Shown in pieces: positions 1-9,999 of a DNA stretch of 64,000 bases (position 1 is the first letter of the stretch; each line of letters opens with the position of its first letter). The notes beneath the pieces are model-generated. The model ran no database searches. It saw only the letters and a list, made by a program, of their open reading frames with translations, and was not told where the DNA came from. The translations under genes were made by a program, and so were the position numbers. Location: IMG/VR virus record IMGVR_UViG_2038011000_000015, positions 29,145 through 93,144 of that record; one strand, 5' to 3'. The DNA is from a virus (Duplodnaviria; Caudoviricetes).

Positions 1-291
1 CGCGAGCAGCTCGAGCGTGTGGCTCAGGAGAGTTTGGAGCGAGCGCCTGAGCGTGGTGTGTTTGGCGGCGGCGACCTGCAGCAAGGGTATTCACCTGCTG
101 AGATTGATGAGCTGGTGCGTCGCCGAAAGCAGATCCTTGCCCAAGAGGTCGCGCGAATGCAGGTGGACCCTGGTCTAGACGATAAGACTGAGCGTTTTGT
201 CAATCGTTGGTTCGGTGGGGATTACTCTGAAGCGCAGGCTATCAATAGAGACGCGGTAGACGCGTCAACAACACCTAGTCGCAGGAAGTAA
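1..291 (+). CDS. 3' end of a gene entering from upstream; possible tail assembly chaperone
   Basis: Frame is open from base 1 to TAA at 289-291 and lies immediately before the tape measure gene. Function is inferred from position only. Confidence 0.45.
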   Translation, partial: REQLERVAQESLERAPERGVFGGGDLQQGYSPAEIDELVRRRKQILAQEVARMQVDPGLDDKTERFVNRWFGGDYSEAQAINRDAVDASTTPSRRK

Positions 292-294
292 ATT

Positions 295-3200
295 ATGGCA
301 GGCCCAACATCTGATGATGCCTTTACGATGGTCATCAACTTCGACACCGATACGAAGAAGGCGATGCGTGAGATTGACCTGCTCACGAAAGGTATTTCTC
401 AGGGTATGCGGCGGAATCAAAAAGCCGCGCAGGACATGGGTAAAGGGATTGGGCAGGTGTGGAAGATGTTCGCCAACTCTAAGGAGGCGATAAACAATCT
501 GAGACAACTGTCAGCGCAACTGCAACGCCTGGACGATGATTTGGCCGACATCAACAAGCGTCGTCAGAAGTACAACGAGATGCTTGCCGATGCAGCTGCG
601 GCCCCGAAGGATAGTGAGAAGCAACAGCGGCTGCTCTCAGCGGCCGAGGAATTCGGGAAAGCGCAACGGGTTACCAATAAGGAATTCGAAGCAACAGTCG
701 GAGCTTTGGAGGATTCTCAGCGCCGTGTGAAAGATACGATGGTATCGATAGCTGACACCTTTGATGTTGACTTCGAGGATATCGGCGAGGCGTTGGCAAA
801 GCCGCTGCAAACCATCGTTAGCGGAACCAAATGGGAAGATATTGGTGAGAATATCGCCAGCCCGTTCAGTGACCTTCTGAGTCGGGATGCACCGACGCTG
901 ATGAAGCGTGTTGGCAAGATAATAGGGGGTCCGGGCTGGCTTAGAAAGCCAATGAATAACTTCGCCGACCGGATGTTGCAAGCTGGTGGCGACCGAATGC
1001 GGAACGCCAAGCTTGGAGTCAAGGGCATGAAAGGCTCCGCTGGCCTGGGCGCATTGCAGAAGGCTCTTGGTGGGCTGGTCAAGGGCCTGACGATGCTCGG
1101 CCCAGTGATCACGGGAATGGCAGGCCTGTTTGGCGGGCTCATCAAGATCTTGCTCGATGCTGAGGCCGCCGGAAAGGAATACAACCGGCAGTTGCTCGAG
1201 ACAACGAGTACGACAGAATTTCTGGCGCGAAATCAAGGAGACGCGGTTGCGGCGACGAGAGACCTGCAAGATTCTTTGGCTGCTGCGCGCGACGCCGCAC
1301 ATTCGTTCGCTCTAATGCAAATGGGGATCAGCAAAGAGGTGGCGCGGAGCTTCCAGGCTGCCATCACAGCCGAGGGCGTGGCGCTAGATGATTTGGGGCG
1401 CGCCACTAAGGATGCGACAGTGAAAACCGCTGAGCACGCTAGGACCATCATGATGGGCGTAGCGTATGCGCGTCAGTTCGGAGTGAGCATCAGCGAGATA
1501 GCCAATCTACAGGGGCAGATGATGTCTGAGCTTGGTATGAACAGTGCCCAGGCTCAGGAGAGCTTTCAGCGGATCGCAGACGGTGCGACTGATGCGGGAA
1601 TGCAGGCGAATAAGTTCTTTCAAATCGTGCGTGGGTTCAGTTCGGATCTGAGTCTGTTTACGCTGCGTCTCGAGGATGTGACCAAGATCATGGGCGCGCT
1701 CGGTAAGACGATGGACCCTCGGAAGATGAGTCAGTTTTTGCAGCAGTTGAATCAGAGTTTCGGTGGGGGTATCGAGGAAGGCATTCGGTTGCAAATATTG
1801 GCCGACAAGGGCGGCGGAAATAAGGTGCTGCGAGATGATCTGGCTGTGAAGTTCGACAATCTGGGTCGCGATATCAGGGCAGCATTTGGCGATGGAGCTG
1901 AGGATGCCCTCGCTGAACTGACTCAGTTAATCAAAAAGAATGACCCCAGAGAGATTGCCGCGTGGAAGCACAAGCATGATTCAAGGCTGAATCAAAATCT
2001 GAATGAAGAGATCGACCGTTTGGTGACGCAAAATGAGCGCATCGAGGCGGGCGACAAGGTTGGCACTGCGTCTATTGTTCATGCGTTGTCACCGTTTGCC
2101 AAGTATGAATACAAGCAGGCTATGTCCAGGGGACAGTTTGACGGCAAGCGGTTGGAGGAGCTTAGTGGCAGGCAGTTGTTAGCTGCGGAGAAGTTTGGCA
2201 TCGCGACGGCCGAAGAAATCCAAGGGATGAAGCAGATGCGTCAGGGCTTCTTGATTGCGCAAGAGGGTCTCCTCAAGCGCATGGAAGATAACAAGCTGAC
2301 GGCGGCGGACAAGCTGCAATTGGATCGCCTGGGAGTTGATAAGTCGAAACGGAGCGGCAAGACTGCGGCTGACGCAGTGCGAGCAGCGCTCGATAGCGTG
2401 AAGGGTGATAGCCTTTGGTATAAGAGTCTCGACAAAAGTCAGCGTGAGCTGGTGGACAAGACCTTAAAGACCAGGAACTTTGCCGAAGAGTCTGCCGATT
2501 TGCAGACAAGCATGAACGACAAGCTGCAGATGATAACTGATATTCTCATGAACTACATTTTCTCAGCGCTTGAGTGGATCGGAAAGCTGTTTCAGAACAG
2601 TGTGTTAGGGAAATCGCGTGATCTTGGTGCTGAGAAACTGCGGGCGAATGCCATTGTATCTGACGCCAAGGATTCACAGTTAATGAAGTCATGGCAGAGC
2701 GGTGGCGATGATATTTCGAAGGCCCGCGCCGCTGCAGTACATGAGAACGCCGGTCGTGCGTTGAAGGGGTTGCAGGCTGTCTCAGATGAAGCGAGTTCTA
2801 TTAGGGAGCGGCTGGCTAGTGGTACGGTTGGTAAGGACGAGGCGAGCGCGCTAGAGAAGCGGCTAAAAGAGCTGCAGCCAGCGCTAGAGTTAGCGAAGAA
2901 GTACGGCACGGACGTTGGTGCATTCAAGAAGTTGTTGGATGATACGGCGAAGTCAGAGGCGCTTGGTGGCGTTCCGAAGGCGATGGAGATATTGGTTGAG
3001 GCTTTGAACGCGGGTCGGTCCAAAGGAGGGGCGGCAGCTGTGACACAGGCTGCTCCAGCCGCGGCTCCTGCCCAAGAAGACGAAAGGTTGTGGGGAACCG
3101 TCAAGGGAGCCGTCAAGTCATTCCTTGGGTTGGGACCTGCAACCCCGGCAAAGAGTGCCGGGACGGCTGAAGCGACGGAGCAGCAGAAGGCGACGGTTGA

Positions 3201-3720
3201 AGCGGTGAACCAGGTTCAGCGTACTGTGGCCAACGATGGTGTGAAGATAAAACAAGCTACGATTGCGGGTCCGCTCAAGGATTCGATGGCTCAGTCGGTC
3301 TATGACGGCACATCGAAAGCGCTCTTTGAATACTATATGTATTCGGCGCTTGATCGAGGGCAGGTGGTTGGAAAGATGCAGGCAGGGTTGACGCCTGCTG
3401 GGGTTACGGGGACCGTTATGGCCGGTGCTCAGCGAGGGCTGACTCCCGCACAGGCTCTTGCGGGAGCTGTTGTTCAGCCCAATGCCTTAGGAGGCACGGT
3501 CACTGGGGTTGTGGATGGAATGGCGTCGATTGTTCGTCCAGCGCCCGGCGAGGGTTGGGCGTCTGTTGGGCCAGGGGAAACGATTGTGCCTGCGGGGGCT
3601 GGCGGGGGTGGCGGCGCGATGCGTGTTCAGCTCGAGCTGAAGGGAGATCTCCGCCGCTTCATTGACGCGCGTGTTGTCGAGGGGACGGCAGCGCATGATC
3701 GCAACAGACGGCTACGTTGA
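295..3720 (+). CDS. tail tape measure protein (1141 aa)
   Basis: Long Ala/Gln/Lys-rich helical protein with a Gly-rich hydrophobic stretch (GLGALQKALGGLVKGLTMLGPVITGMAGLFGGLIK) and a TMP-like C-terminus, upstream of baseplate genes. Confidence 0.8.
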   Translation: MAGPTSDDAFTMVINFDTDTKKAMREIDLLTKGISQGMRRNQKAAQDMGKGIGQVWKMFANSKEAINNLRQLSAQLQRLDDDLADINKRRQKYNEMLADAAAAPKDSEKQQRLLSAAEEFGKAQRVTNKEFEATVGALEDSQRRVKDTMVSIADTFDVDFEDIGEALAKPLQTIVSGTKWEDIGENIASPFSDLLSRDAPTLMKRVGKIIGGPGWLRKPMNNFADRMLQAGGDRMRNAKLGVKGMKGSAGLGALQKALGGLVKGLTMLGPVITGMAGLFGGLIKILLDAEAAGKEYNRQLLETTSTTEFLARNQGDAVAATRDLQDSLAAARDAAHSFALMQMGISKEVARSFQAAITAEGVALDDLGRATKDATVKTAEHARTIMMGVAYARQFGVSISEIANLQGQMMSELGMNSAQAQESFQRIADGATDAGMQANKFFQIVRGFSSDLSLFTLRLEDVTKIMGALGKTMDPRKMSQFLQQLNQSFGGGIEEGIRLQILADKGGGNKVLRDDLAVKFDNLGRDIRAAFGDGAEDALAELTQLIKKNDPREIAAWKHKHDSRLNQNLNEEIDRLVTQNERIEAGDKVGTASIVHALSPFAKYEYKQAMSRGQFDGKRLEELSGRQLLAAEKFGIATAEEIQGMKQMRQGFLIAQEGLLKRMEDNKLTAADKLQLDRLGVDKSKRSGKTAADAVRAALDSVKGDSLWYKSLDKSQRELVDKTLKTRNFAEESADLQTSMNDKLQMITDILMNYIFSALEWIGKLFQNSVLGKSRDLGAEKLRANAIVSDAKDSQLMKSWQSGGDDISKARAAAVHENAGRALKGLQAVSDEASSIRERLASGTVGKDEASALEKRLKELQPALELAKKYGTDVGAFKKLLDDTAKSEALGGVPKAMEILVEALNAGRSKGGAAAVTQAAPAAAPAQEDERLWGTVKGAVKSFLGLGPATPAKSAGTAEATEQQKATVEAVNQVQRTVANDGVKIKQATIAGPLKDSMAQSVYDGTSKALFEYYMYSALDRGQVVGKMQAGLTPAGVTGTVMAGAQRGLTPAQALAGAVVQPNALGGTVTGVVDGMASIVRPAPGEGWASVGPGETIVPAGAGGGGGAMRVQLELKGDLRRFIDARVVEGTAAHDRNRRLR

Positions 3721-3729
3721 GGTGTCGCG

Positions 3730-4341
3730 GTGCCAACGATTCCATCCGCTAACCCAACTGACTTTGCGCGCATCGACGCGCCTACCGAACAACTTGGGTA
3801 CGTGCACGGGTTGGGGAAGTCGCCCCGGCGTTCGTTTATCCCGATGGCGTTTCAAATCACGAGCCCCTTCAACAGCAGAAAGGCGATGTTGCCTCATGCG
3901 TTGGTGATGCACGTCAATCCGTCTTCCCTGACGTTGTCGCATACGAAACGTGTTGAACGTTTCCAGACCCGCGGGGGATTCGTGGAGCAGCATTGGGGGG
4001 ATGAGCTGACCGACATCCAGGCGAGTGGCTCGACCGGAGCTTTCATGAACGTCTACACAGGGCTTTCATCGGTTCTTCGGCAAAATACCATCGCGTGGGA
4101 TCGATATCGCGACCTGTATGACCTCTACCGGTGCAATGGCGCGGTTTTCGGCCCGAGTGGCAGCATCGTTCTTCAGGGGCACGTAATGCTGATGTTTGAT
4201 CGTGGCACCTATCTCGGGCACTTCGAGAACTTCGAGGTGGAGGAAACAGACGACAACCCGTTCACGTTTCAGGTCTCTTGGTCGTTCAAGTGTGACGAGG
4301 AAGTGCTGCAGATCCCGGCGTCAACTTCTGGTACTGCATAG
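3730..4341 (+). CDS. tail tube initiator / baseplate tube-cap-like protein
   Basis: GTG start after GAGGTG. VNPSSL...VEQHWGDE...GHFENFEVEE...PF.F..SF pattern typical of tube-fold baseplate proteins following the TMP. Paralogous to the C-terminal domain of the next gene. Confidence 0.6.
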   Translation: MPTIPSANPTDFARIDAPTEQLGYVHGLGKSPRRSFIPMAFQITSPFNSRKAMLPHALVMHVNPSSLTLSHTKRVERFQTRGGFVEQHWGDELTDIQASGSTGAFMNVYTGLSSVLRQNTIAWDRYRDLYDLYRCNGAVFGPSGSIVLQGHVMLMFDRGTYLGHFENFEVEETDDNPFTFQVSWSFKCDEEVLQIPASTSGTA

Positions 4342-4356
4342 ATTGTGGGAGGCGGC

Positions 4357-6105
4357 GTGTCCGAGTTTCGTAGACCCCTCACGAGCGATGATCGCGTATA
4401 CCTCGATATTGAGGCTAAGGCCGACCTTCACGAGCCGTCTGTGTACGGGCTGCTCTCGTTCTATCACTCGCTGTCACTGCAACCAGAGGCTTATAGTGGT
4501 TTCGTGCCTCTCACGACCGCGCAGTGGTTGCGGCCGGATGAGACGAAGATCTTCGCGGTGGGTCTTATTCCGCCAGCGATCCCTGTTTCAGCGCGAAAGT
4601 TGGATCGTTCAGCTAGCTTGGAGGCTAGGTACGGCGCTTATACCGAGGTGTCCGAGGTCGCCAACGAAACTACGGAAGCGATTGCATCGGTCCCTGACGT
4701 GGAGGAGGTGCAGGGTAACGCAATCAACGACCCGCTGTTCGTCTCGATGGGTCCGAACAATTCGTTGGTTGCCCCGAAGCCGCAGGTTGCACAGCGGAGC
4801 GCAAAGCTGATCGCGACCCTGCATCCTAGTATTCAAGTGCTCGCTAACAAGCTGATCGCATTAGCGGCGCAGCGGGGCATCAGTATCGTGATTTGTCAGG
4901 GTGAGCGGACCATTGAGTACCAGGATAAGTTGTACGCGAAGGGGCGTACAGCTCCTGGAGGGATCGTCACCAACACTAAGGGCGGGCAGTCTTGGCACAA
5001 CTATGGATTGGCCTTTGATATCGCGATGGTGTCCTCGGGACCAAAGCCTGCGTTAGGGCAGCCATCGTGGCCGCCAGGTAAAGAGAGATGGGCAGAACTT
5101 GGCGCGCTTGGCCAGAGCCTCGGTTTGATCTGGGGCGGGACTTTCTCGAAGATCGCCGATTATGGACACTTTGAGTACCATCCTGGCATCACAAAGGCTC
5201 AGGCTTTGCAGGGTGCACGGCCGCCCATTCCGGATGAGCCCGCGCCGCTAGTTGACTCAGCGCTCCCAGCGACCGGTTGGAGCGGAGATGGTGCTCCGGC
5301 CGCGCAACAAGCGGCGAGATTAGGGGCGAAGCTTTCGAACAAGGATCTCAATACAACCGAGCTGGGCAAGAGCCTTCAAGCGTCGCAAGAATCGACGATC
5401 AGGCTGATGCAATCGGCGGTTGACCAGATTGCAAACACGCCTCCCCTGAGAATGTTGGTCAACCCAAGCTCCTTTAAGGTGTCATCAGAGAAGCTCATCG
5501 CGAGCGGTAGTCGAGGTAGGTACGGCTCTATTATTGAGCAATGGGGAGACCAGCAGGATAAGATTGAAGGTTCAGGGAAGATTGCTGCTTTCTACTCGAT
5601 AGATGCTTCGAAAAAGACTGGACCGGGGTTGACGCGTAACGCGCGGCAGTTTTCGGCGAGCTACCAGAACCTGCTCTCGCTGTTTTTGATCTACAAGAAC
5701 AACGGCGGCGTATGGATGCTAGACCCGTTGGTCTCAGCCAACATCAAGAACCTCACTGTAGTTGGCTCGGTGTACTTATACTATGACAACATCCTATACA
5801 TTGGCTCGTTCGACAGTCTGAGTTTGGATGAGTCGGACGATGGCCCGTTCACCTTGGACTATTCGTTTTCGTTCACGGTGCGTGCATGGTTTCTGTTGGA
5901 CCGCTTGGATGACCGACGCTACACGTATCGCGGGGGGTTGTCCTCTACGACGATCGCAACGACCGGAACGCCGGGCTCACCGTTGCAGAGCGGCCACAAT
6001 CCACAGCCGAGCGCCGATGTCACTCTACCCAGGGGTAGCGCGCCGGATGACCCGTTGTTCGGGCTTAATGACGGCGACATCGGTTCTGACCTAGAGGGGA
6101 TCTGA
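4357..6105 (+). CDS. tube-initiator-like protein with inserted M15 (L-Ala-D-Glu) peptidoglycan peptidase
   Basis: GTG at 4357 follows SD GGGAGG. Central RT...Q..LYAKGRT...VTN..GGQSWHNYGLAFD...WGG.F....DYGHFE matches Peptidase M15C (Ply500/CwlK-type) Zn motifs. The C-terminal domain resembles 3730-4341. Confidence 0.8.
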   Translation: MSEFRRPLTSDDRVYLDIEAKADLHEPSVYGLLSFYHSLSLQPEAYSGFVPLTTAQWLRPDETKIFAVGLIPPAIPVSARKLDRSASLEARYGAYTEVSEVANETTEAIASVPDVEEVQGNAINDPLFVSMGPNNSLVAPKPQVAQRSAKLIATLHPSIQVLANKLIALAAQRGISIVICQGERTIEYQDKLYAKGRTAPGGIVTNTKGGQSWHNYGLAFDIAMVSSGPKPALGQPSWPPGKERWAELGALGQSLGLIWGGTFSKIADYGHFEYHPGITKAQALQGARPPIPDEPAPLVDSALPATGWSGDGAPAAQQAARLGAKLSNKDLNTTELGKSLQASQESTIRLMQSAVDQIANTPPLRMLVNPSSFKVSSEKLIASGSRGRYGSIIEQWGDQQDKIEGSGKIAAFYSIDASKKTGPGLTRNARQFSASYQNLLSLFLIYKNNGGVWMLDPLVSANIKNLTVVGSVYLYYDNILYIGSFDSLSLDESDDGPFTLDYSFSFTVRAWFLLDRLDDRRYTYRGGLSSTTIATTGTPGSPLQSGHNPQPSADVTLPRGSAPDDPLFGLNDGDIGSDLEGI

Positions 6106-6106
6106 T

Positions 6107-9100
6107 ATGGCACGTGGGCCATTTCAAGGCACGTTCAGCCGAAGTGCGCGCCCTACGGTAGCGACCGCCCCGGATGCCGTGGTCTATATCAACGGCGAGA
6201 CCGAGATTGCCGGTTGTCCGCAGTGCAGCCGGACGTTTGATGTAAACAAGTACGTGACGTCAATACAAACCGACCTGAGCGTTGATAGCGTTCCAGGCAG
6301 CGCGAACATCTCTTTGTCGATTCCTCGCCACTCGGTGGATGATTTCTATTTCGACGGCAATCCAGTGATCACGACCATGATGGAGGTCGAGATCTTTGTG
6401 AAGGGCAACTACCTGGTTGAGGGGTTACCGCAGTACTATCCGATCTTCTGGGGTCTTATTACCGAAGTGCAAGACAACTACTCCGGTGGTGAGCACACGG
6501 TATCGCTTCACTGTGCCGACATTCTCAAATGGTGGGAGCTGTGTAAGACCAACATTAATCCTGCCGCGCTCGGCCAGCCGGGTGATCAGGGCCGCAACCT
6601 CCTTGGCAACGTGTTTGCTTCCCAGAATGCCTACGACATCATCTTCACGCTTGCGACTCAGTCATTCGGCGATGTGTTGGTGGGAACCGGTTCAATCCAA
6701 AATCTGATCCGGGATACGGCCGAAACGAGTGCGGCGTTGACTGACATGACACTGTACTGGGAACGGCGGTTCTCAAAGATGCGTAGCAACCTTGTGCTGT
6801 ACGGGACTACGGGTGTTGCCGTGCGTGGTGATACGCTCTTTCAGGGGTACTCGAAGAATCCAAGCGCAAATCAGTACATCGCTTCTACTACGATTCGTGA
6901 CGCAGAGGGGTCTCTCGGTGGACAGATGGTCTACGATCCCGCGGACGAGAAGATGACCGGCATCAAAGTGGACTACGGCAGTGGAGGGCCTGGTCTACTT
7001 CAGCATGAATACCAGACGAAGCTCGAGATCGCGAACGCCATGAAGGAAGCGGTTGGGTTCGAGTTTTATATGGATTCGACGGGCGACATCGTGTTCAAGC
7101 CGCCCTTTTACAATCTGGATGTGTTGGGGAACAAGCCGGTTTCATGGATTCAAGATATTGATGTGATCGATTGGGATTTTTCTGAGTCGGAGTCCGAAGT
7201 CGTCACACAACTTGTGATGGAGGGGCAGTACAGTACGCAGACGGCACTTTCGTTGGATCCTAGCGTTCTGCCGAAGGCCACAGTGACTGACTATCACCTG
7301 CTGCGGAAGTACGGTTGGCGGGTCCAGAGCTACAACGCTGAGTTCGCCACCAACCCTATTGAGTTGTTCTACCACGGGTTAGATGTTCTTGATCGCATCA
7401 ACGCGAGACGCTATCGAGGCAACGTGACGATCCCGATCCGTCCGGAGTTGCGCCTCGGCTTTCCTGTGTACGTCGCACCCAAGGACGAGATTTGGTATGT
7501 GTCTGGTATAAGCCACAGCCTCAGCTTCGGCGGCAGGGCAACCACTACGCTGCAGCTGACCAGTAGGCGTACGAAGTTCATTGCCCCGAAAGGTATTGGG
7601 ACGTTGAAGCTTGCGAGCTACGGCGGTAAGGATGTCACCGAGACCAGTAGGGATGGGGGTCCCGCGGCATTTCCGTACAGCTCACGGCAGTTATCAAACT
7701 ACGGTGTGTTTGAGTTGAAGCGTGACGGCGCGCTTGAGATTCCAGGGAGCCAATCTGAGTTCGAGTCAGTGGGCGCCGCAAACCCAGTTCAGCCGTTGAT
7801 CTTGCGGCACCCGAAGACAGGCCGGATCGTGGGGTACCCGAATGTGGTGATGGTCTACTCACGACCTTTCGATGCTAGCGATGTCAATGCCGTCATTGGG
7901 CAGCAAACAAATCAGGAAGCTATCGCGCGCTTACCCCAGGAAGGGCAGGCGGCTGCAAAGCGGAACCGAGAGATTCTAGAGGGTAAGCAGCGCGAGCAGT
8001 TGACGCCTGGTAAGGATTCCGAGATTCGCGGTAAGTACACCTACCAAGCATATCAGTACGGAATGAACGCCGCCGGTGTCTTCATCTACGCTTATGATGC
8101 TAGCAAGGTGATACGCGAGGCCGTGGCCGTAAAGACGGCAAACGTAACGCCGCAAGCTGAAGCGACTGCAAGCTTGAAGGAGCCTCATACCTTTATACGG
8201 CCAGTCAGTGATGAGCGCGGATTCGAGCTGATCGGGCACTACCGATACGGGCGCCGTGTTTCGTTGCGGGATGGGCGACTCATCATCAACAAGCCGGGGG
8301 AGAAAGCCAAGGTTGACGTTCAGCTGGCACTGTCCGGTGATCTGAGCAGCATGCTGGCAGCGCAGTCCCAGGGGCTCACGACGGTGGTTACTGGATATGC
8401 CGATCCCGCGGCCGAGTTGGCAGAGATGTCTCCCGAGGAAGGCCAAACCGCCGCTGTGCTACCGGGAGTTGAGAACAGCCCAAACAAGAAATCGGCTGCG
8501 TTCACTAGCGTTGGTGATGAGTTTGTTGACGAGGCGCCGCTCGGTTCGGTGGAGCAACGCGGTGTGATGCGAGATGTGGAGGCGTCGCAACTGTCGAGGG
8601 CTCTTACGTTGGCCGAAATGTCCGTCTTGGATAACACCATAGTGCGAAACGAGGATTGTGCGTGCATCACCGGTCGAGCTGACCTTGCATTCATGGCTTC
8701 CGGTTATCAGGTGGAATCGCTCAATGCATCGTCTGTAGACTTGGGGGCTCTTGGGGATCGTCTGCAGTACGGCACCACAGTTGGCGCACAGGTGAAGGAG
8801 CGGGAGCGCGAATATGCCGAGTTGTTGGGGCAGGCTGAGGCGCTCGGGGAATCTGCAAGGGTTGAACGGCTCGACGAAGGGGAGATCAATGCTTCCAAAG
8901 CGTCACAGAGGGATCTCGACGTCAAGCTGGCCGCGAGTGCACAGCAGTTGGCTGATGCACGTCAAAAGTATGCACAAGAAACTGGGGGACCCATACAGGT
9001 GGTGTCGGATGACGCTCTTGATGAACGTGTAACGGCCCTTCAGATCGCATTGAATGCTGAAAGGGCTCGTTTAGCCGAGCTGCAGAAGGAGGCTCCGCAG

Positions 9101-9997
9101 GCGAAAGGCGAGACGTGGGTTAGGGAGAGGATTGGCGTATTAGAGGCATCCATCAAGAGTGCTAATGCGCGCATCAACTCCTTGACGGAAGCACAGATCG
9201 CCGAGCCAGAACAGCAACAACAGCTGGATGAAGAGTTGGCGGATGTGATGCAAAGCTTGAAGGCTGCCGAAAAGGAGCTGGAGCATCTCCGTAGCACTGC
9301 GTCGCAGGAGATGAATCAGGTTGCCTCCAAGCGGGCTGAACAAAATGTTGCTTCGTTGGAAAAACAGCTGCGGGCAGCGCAGGCGGAAGTGAAAGCTCAT
9401 CGGTCGAGTCGGAGCGCGTCTTCGGGCTCGATCTTCAATTTTACGAATGCGCAGATCGTTTCGAAGGTCGAGTCTTTCTTGTACAAGCTGTACCGATCGC
9501 TAGACGACGCACACCAGGAGTTCGAGAAATCGATACGCGGTGAGCGTATGGACACCACCAATGTGTCCTTCAAAGACATCCATCAGCCAGGTGTTTCGGT
9601 CGCGAAGCAGAGCGCAGGAAGTACCTATGGCCCGGACGTTGCCCCGGTGTCGGAGTTTGCTCCACCGTTTTCTGCCCCTGGGCGCTATCAACTCGGCGAT
9701 CCCAATGCTTCGGTGGGTGTGATCGATACGACTCGAAGCGATGTGGCGAAAGCGTGGAGCGATTTCTCGCGCAACCTGCAGCAAAACACTCGCACCCGAG
9801 CATTGACGACACAGATAGGCCAAGATCGCGCGAGTATCGCCCGATTGACCGCGGCTCGGGATCTGCTGATCAAGCAGCGAGACTCTGCCGCGGTCGTAGG
9901 CGATATTCAAAAGCAGATTGATTCAATGAGCACGCAGATCGCGCACCTTGAACGTCAGGTGTCAGAGAACCAAGGAAAGCTGAGTGAGGGCAGATAG
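6107..9997 (+). CDS. baseplate hub protein (gp27/gp44-like) with long coiled-coil C-terminal extension
   Basis: N-terminal ~500 aa has hub-type motifs (IFWGLITEV.D.YS, FEFYMDSTGDIVFKPP, GNVTIPIRPELRLGFPV, WYVSGISHS....TTLQL). The C-terminal third is heptad-rich. Confidence 0.7.
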   Translation: MARGPFQGTFSRSARPTVATAPDAVVYINGETEIAGCPQCSRTFDVNKYVTSIQTDLSVDSVPGSANISLSIPRHSVDDFYFDGNPVITTMMEVEIFVKGNYLVEGLPQYYPIFWGLITEVQDNYSGGEHTVSLHCADILKWWELCKTNINPAALGQPGDQGRNLLGNVFASQNAYDIIFTLATQSFGDVLVGTGSIQNLIRDTAETSAALTDMTLYWERRFSKMRSNLVLYGTTGVAVRGDTLFQGYSKNPSANQYIASTTIRDAEGSLGGQMVYDPADEKMTGIKVDYGSGGPGLLQHEYQTKLEIANAMKEAVGFEFYMDSTGDIVFKPPFYNLDVLGNKPVSWIQDIDVIDWDFSESESEVVTQLVMEGQYSTQTALSLDPSVLPKATVTDYHLLRKYGWRVQSYNAEFATNPIELFYHGLDVLDRINARRYRGNVTIPIRPELRLGFPVYVAPKDEIWYVSGISHSLSFGGRATTTLQLTSRRTKFIAPKGIGTLKLASYGGKDVTETSRDGGPAAFPYSSRQLSNYGVFELKRDGALEIPGSQSEFESVGAANPVQPLILRHPKTGRIVGYPNVVMVYSRPFDASDVNAVIGQQTNQEAIARLPQEGQAAAKRNREILEGKQREQLTPGKDSEIRGKYTYQAYQYGMNAAGVFIYAYDASKVIREAVAVKTANVTPQAEATASLKEPHTFIRPVSDERGFELIGHYRYGRRVSLRDGRLIINKPGEKAKVDVQLALSGDLSSMLAAQSQGLTTVVTGYADPAAELAEMSPEEGQTAAVLPGVENSPNKKSAAFTSVGDEFVDEAPLGSVEQRGVMRDVEASQLSRALTLAEMSVLDNTIVRNEDCACITGRADLAFMASGYQVESLNASSVDLGALGDRLQYGTTVGAQVKEREREYAELLGQAEALGESARVERLDEGEINASKASQRDLDVKLAASAQQLADARQKYAQETGGPIQVVSDDALDERVTALQIALNAERARLAELQKEAPQAKGETWVRERIGVLEASIKSANARINSLTEAQIAEPEQQQQLDEELADVMQSLKAAEKELEHLRSTASQEMNQVASKRAEQNVASLEKQLRAAQAEVKAHRSSRSASSGSIFNFTNAQIVSKVESFLYKLYRSLDDAHQEFEKSIRGERMDTTNVSFKDIHQPGVSVAKQSAGSTYGPDVAPVSEFAPPFSAPGRYQLGDPNASVGVIDTTRSDVAKAWSDFSRNLQQNTRTRALTTQIGQDRASIARLTAARDLLIKQRDSAAVVGDIQKQIDSMSTQIAHLERQVSENQGKLSEGR

Positions 9998-9999
9998 CT

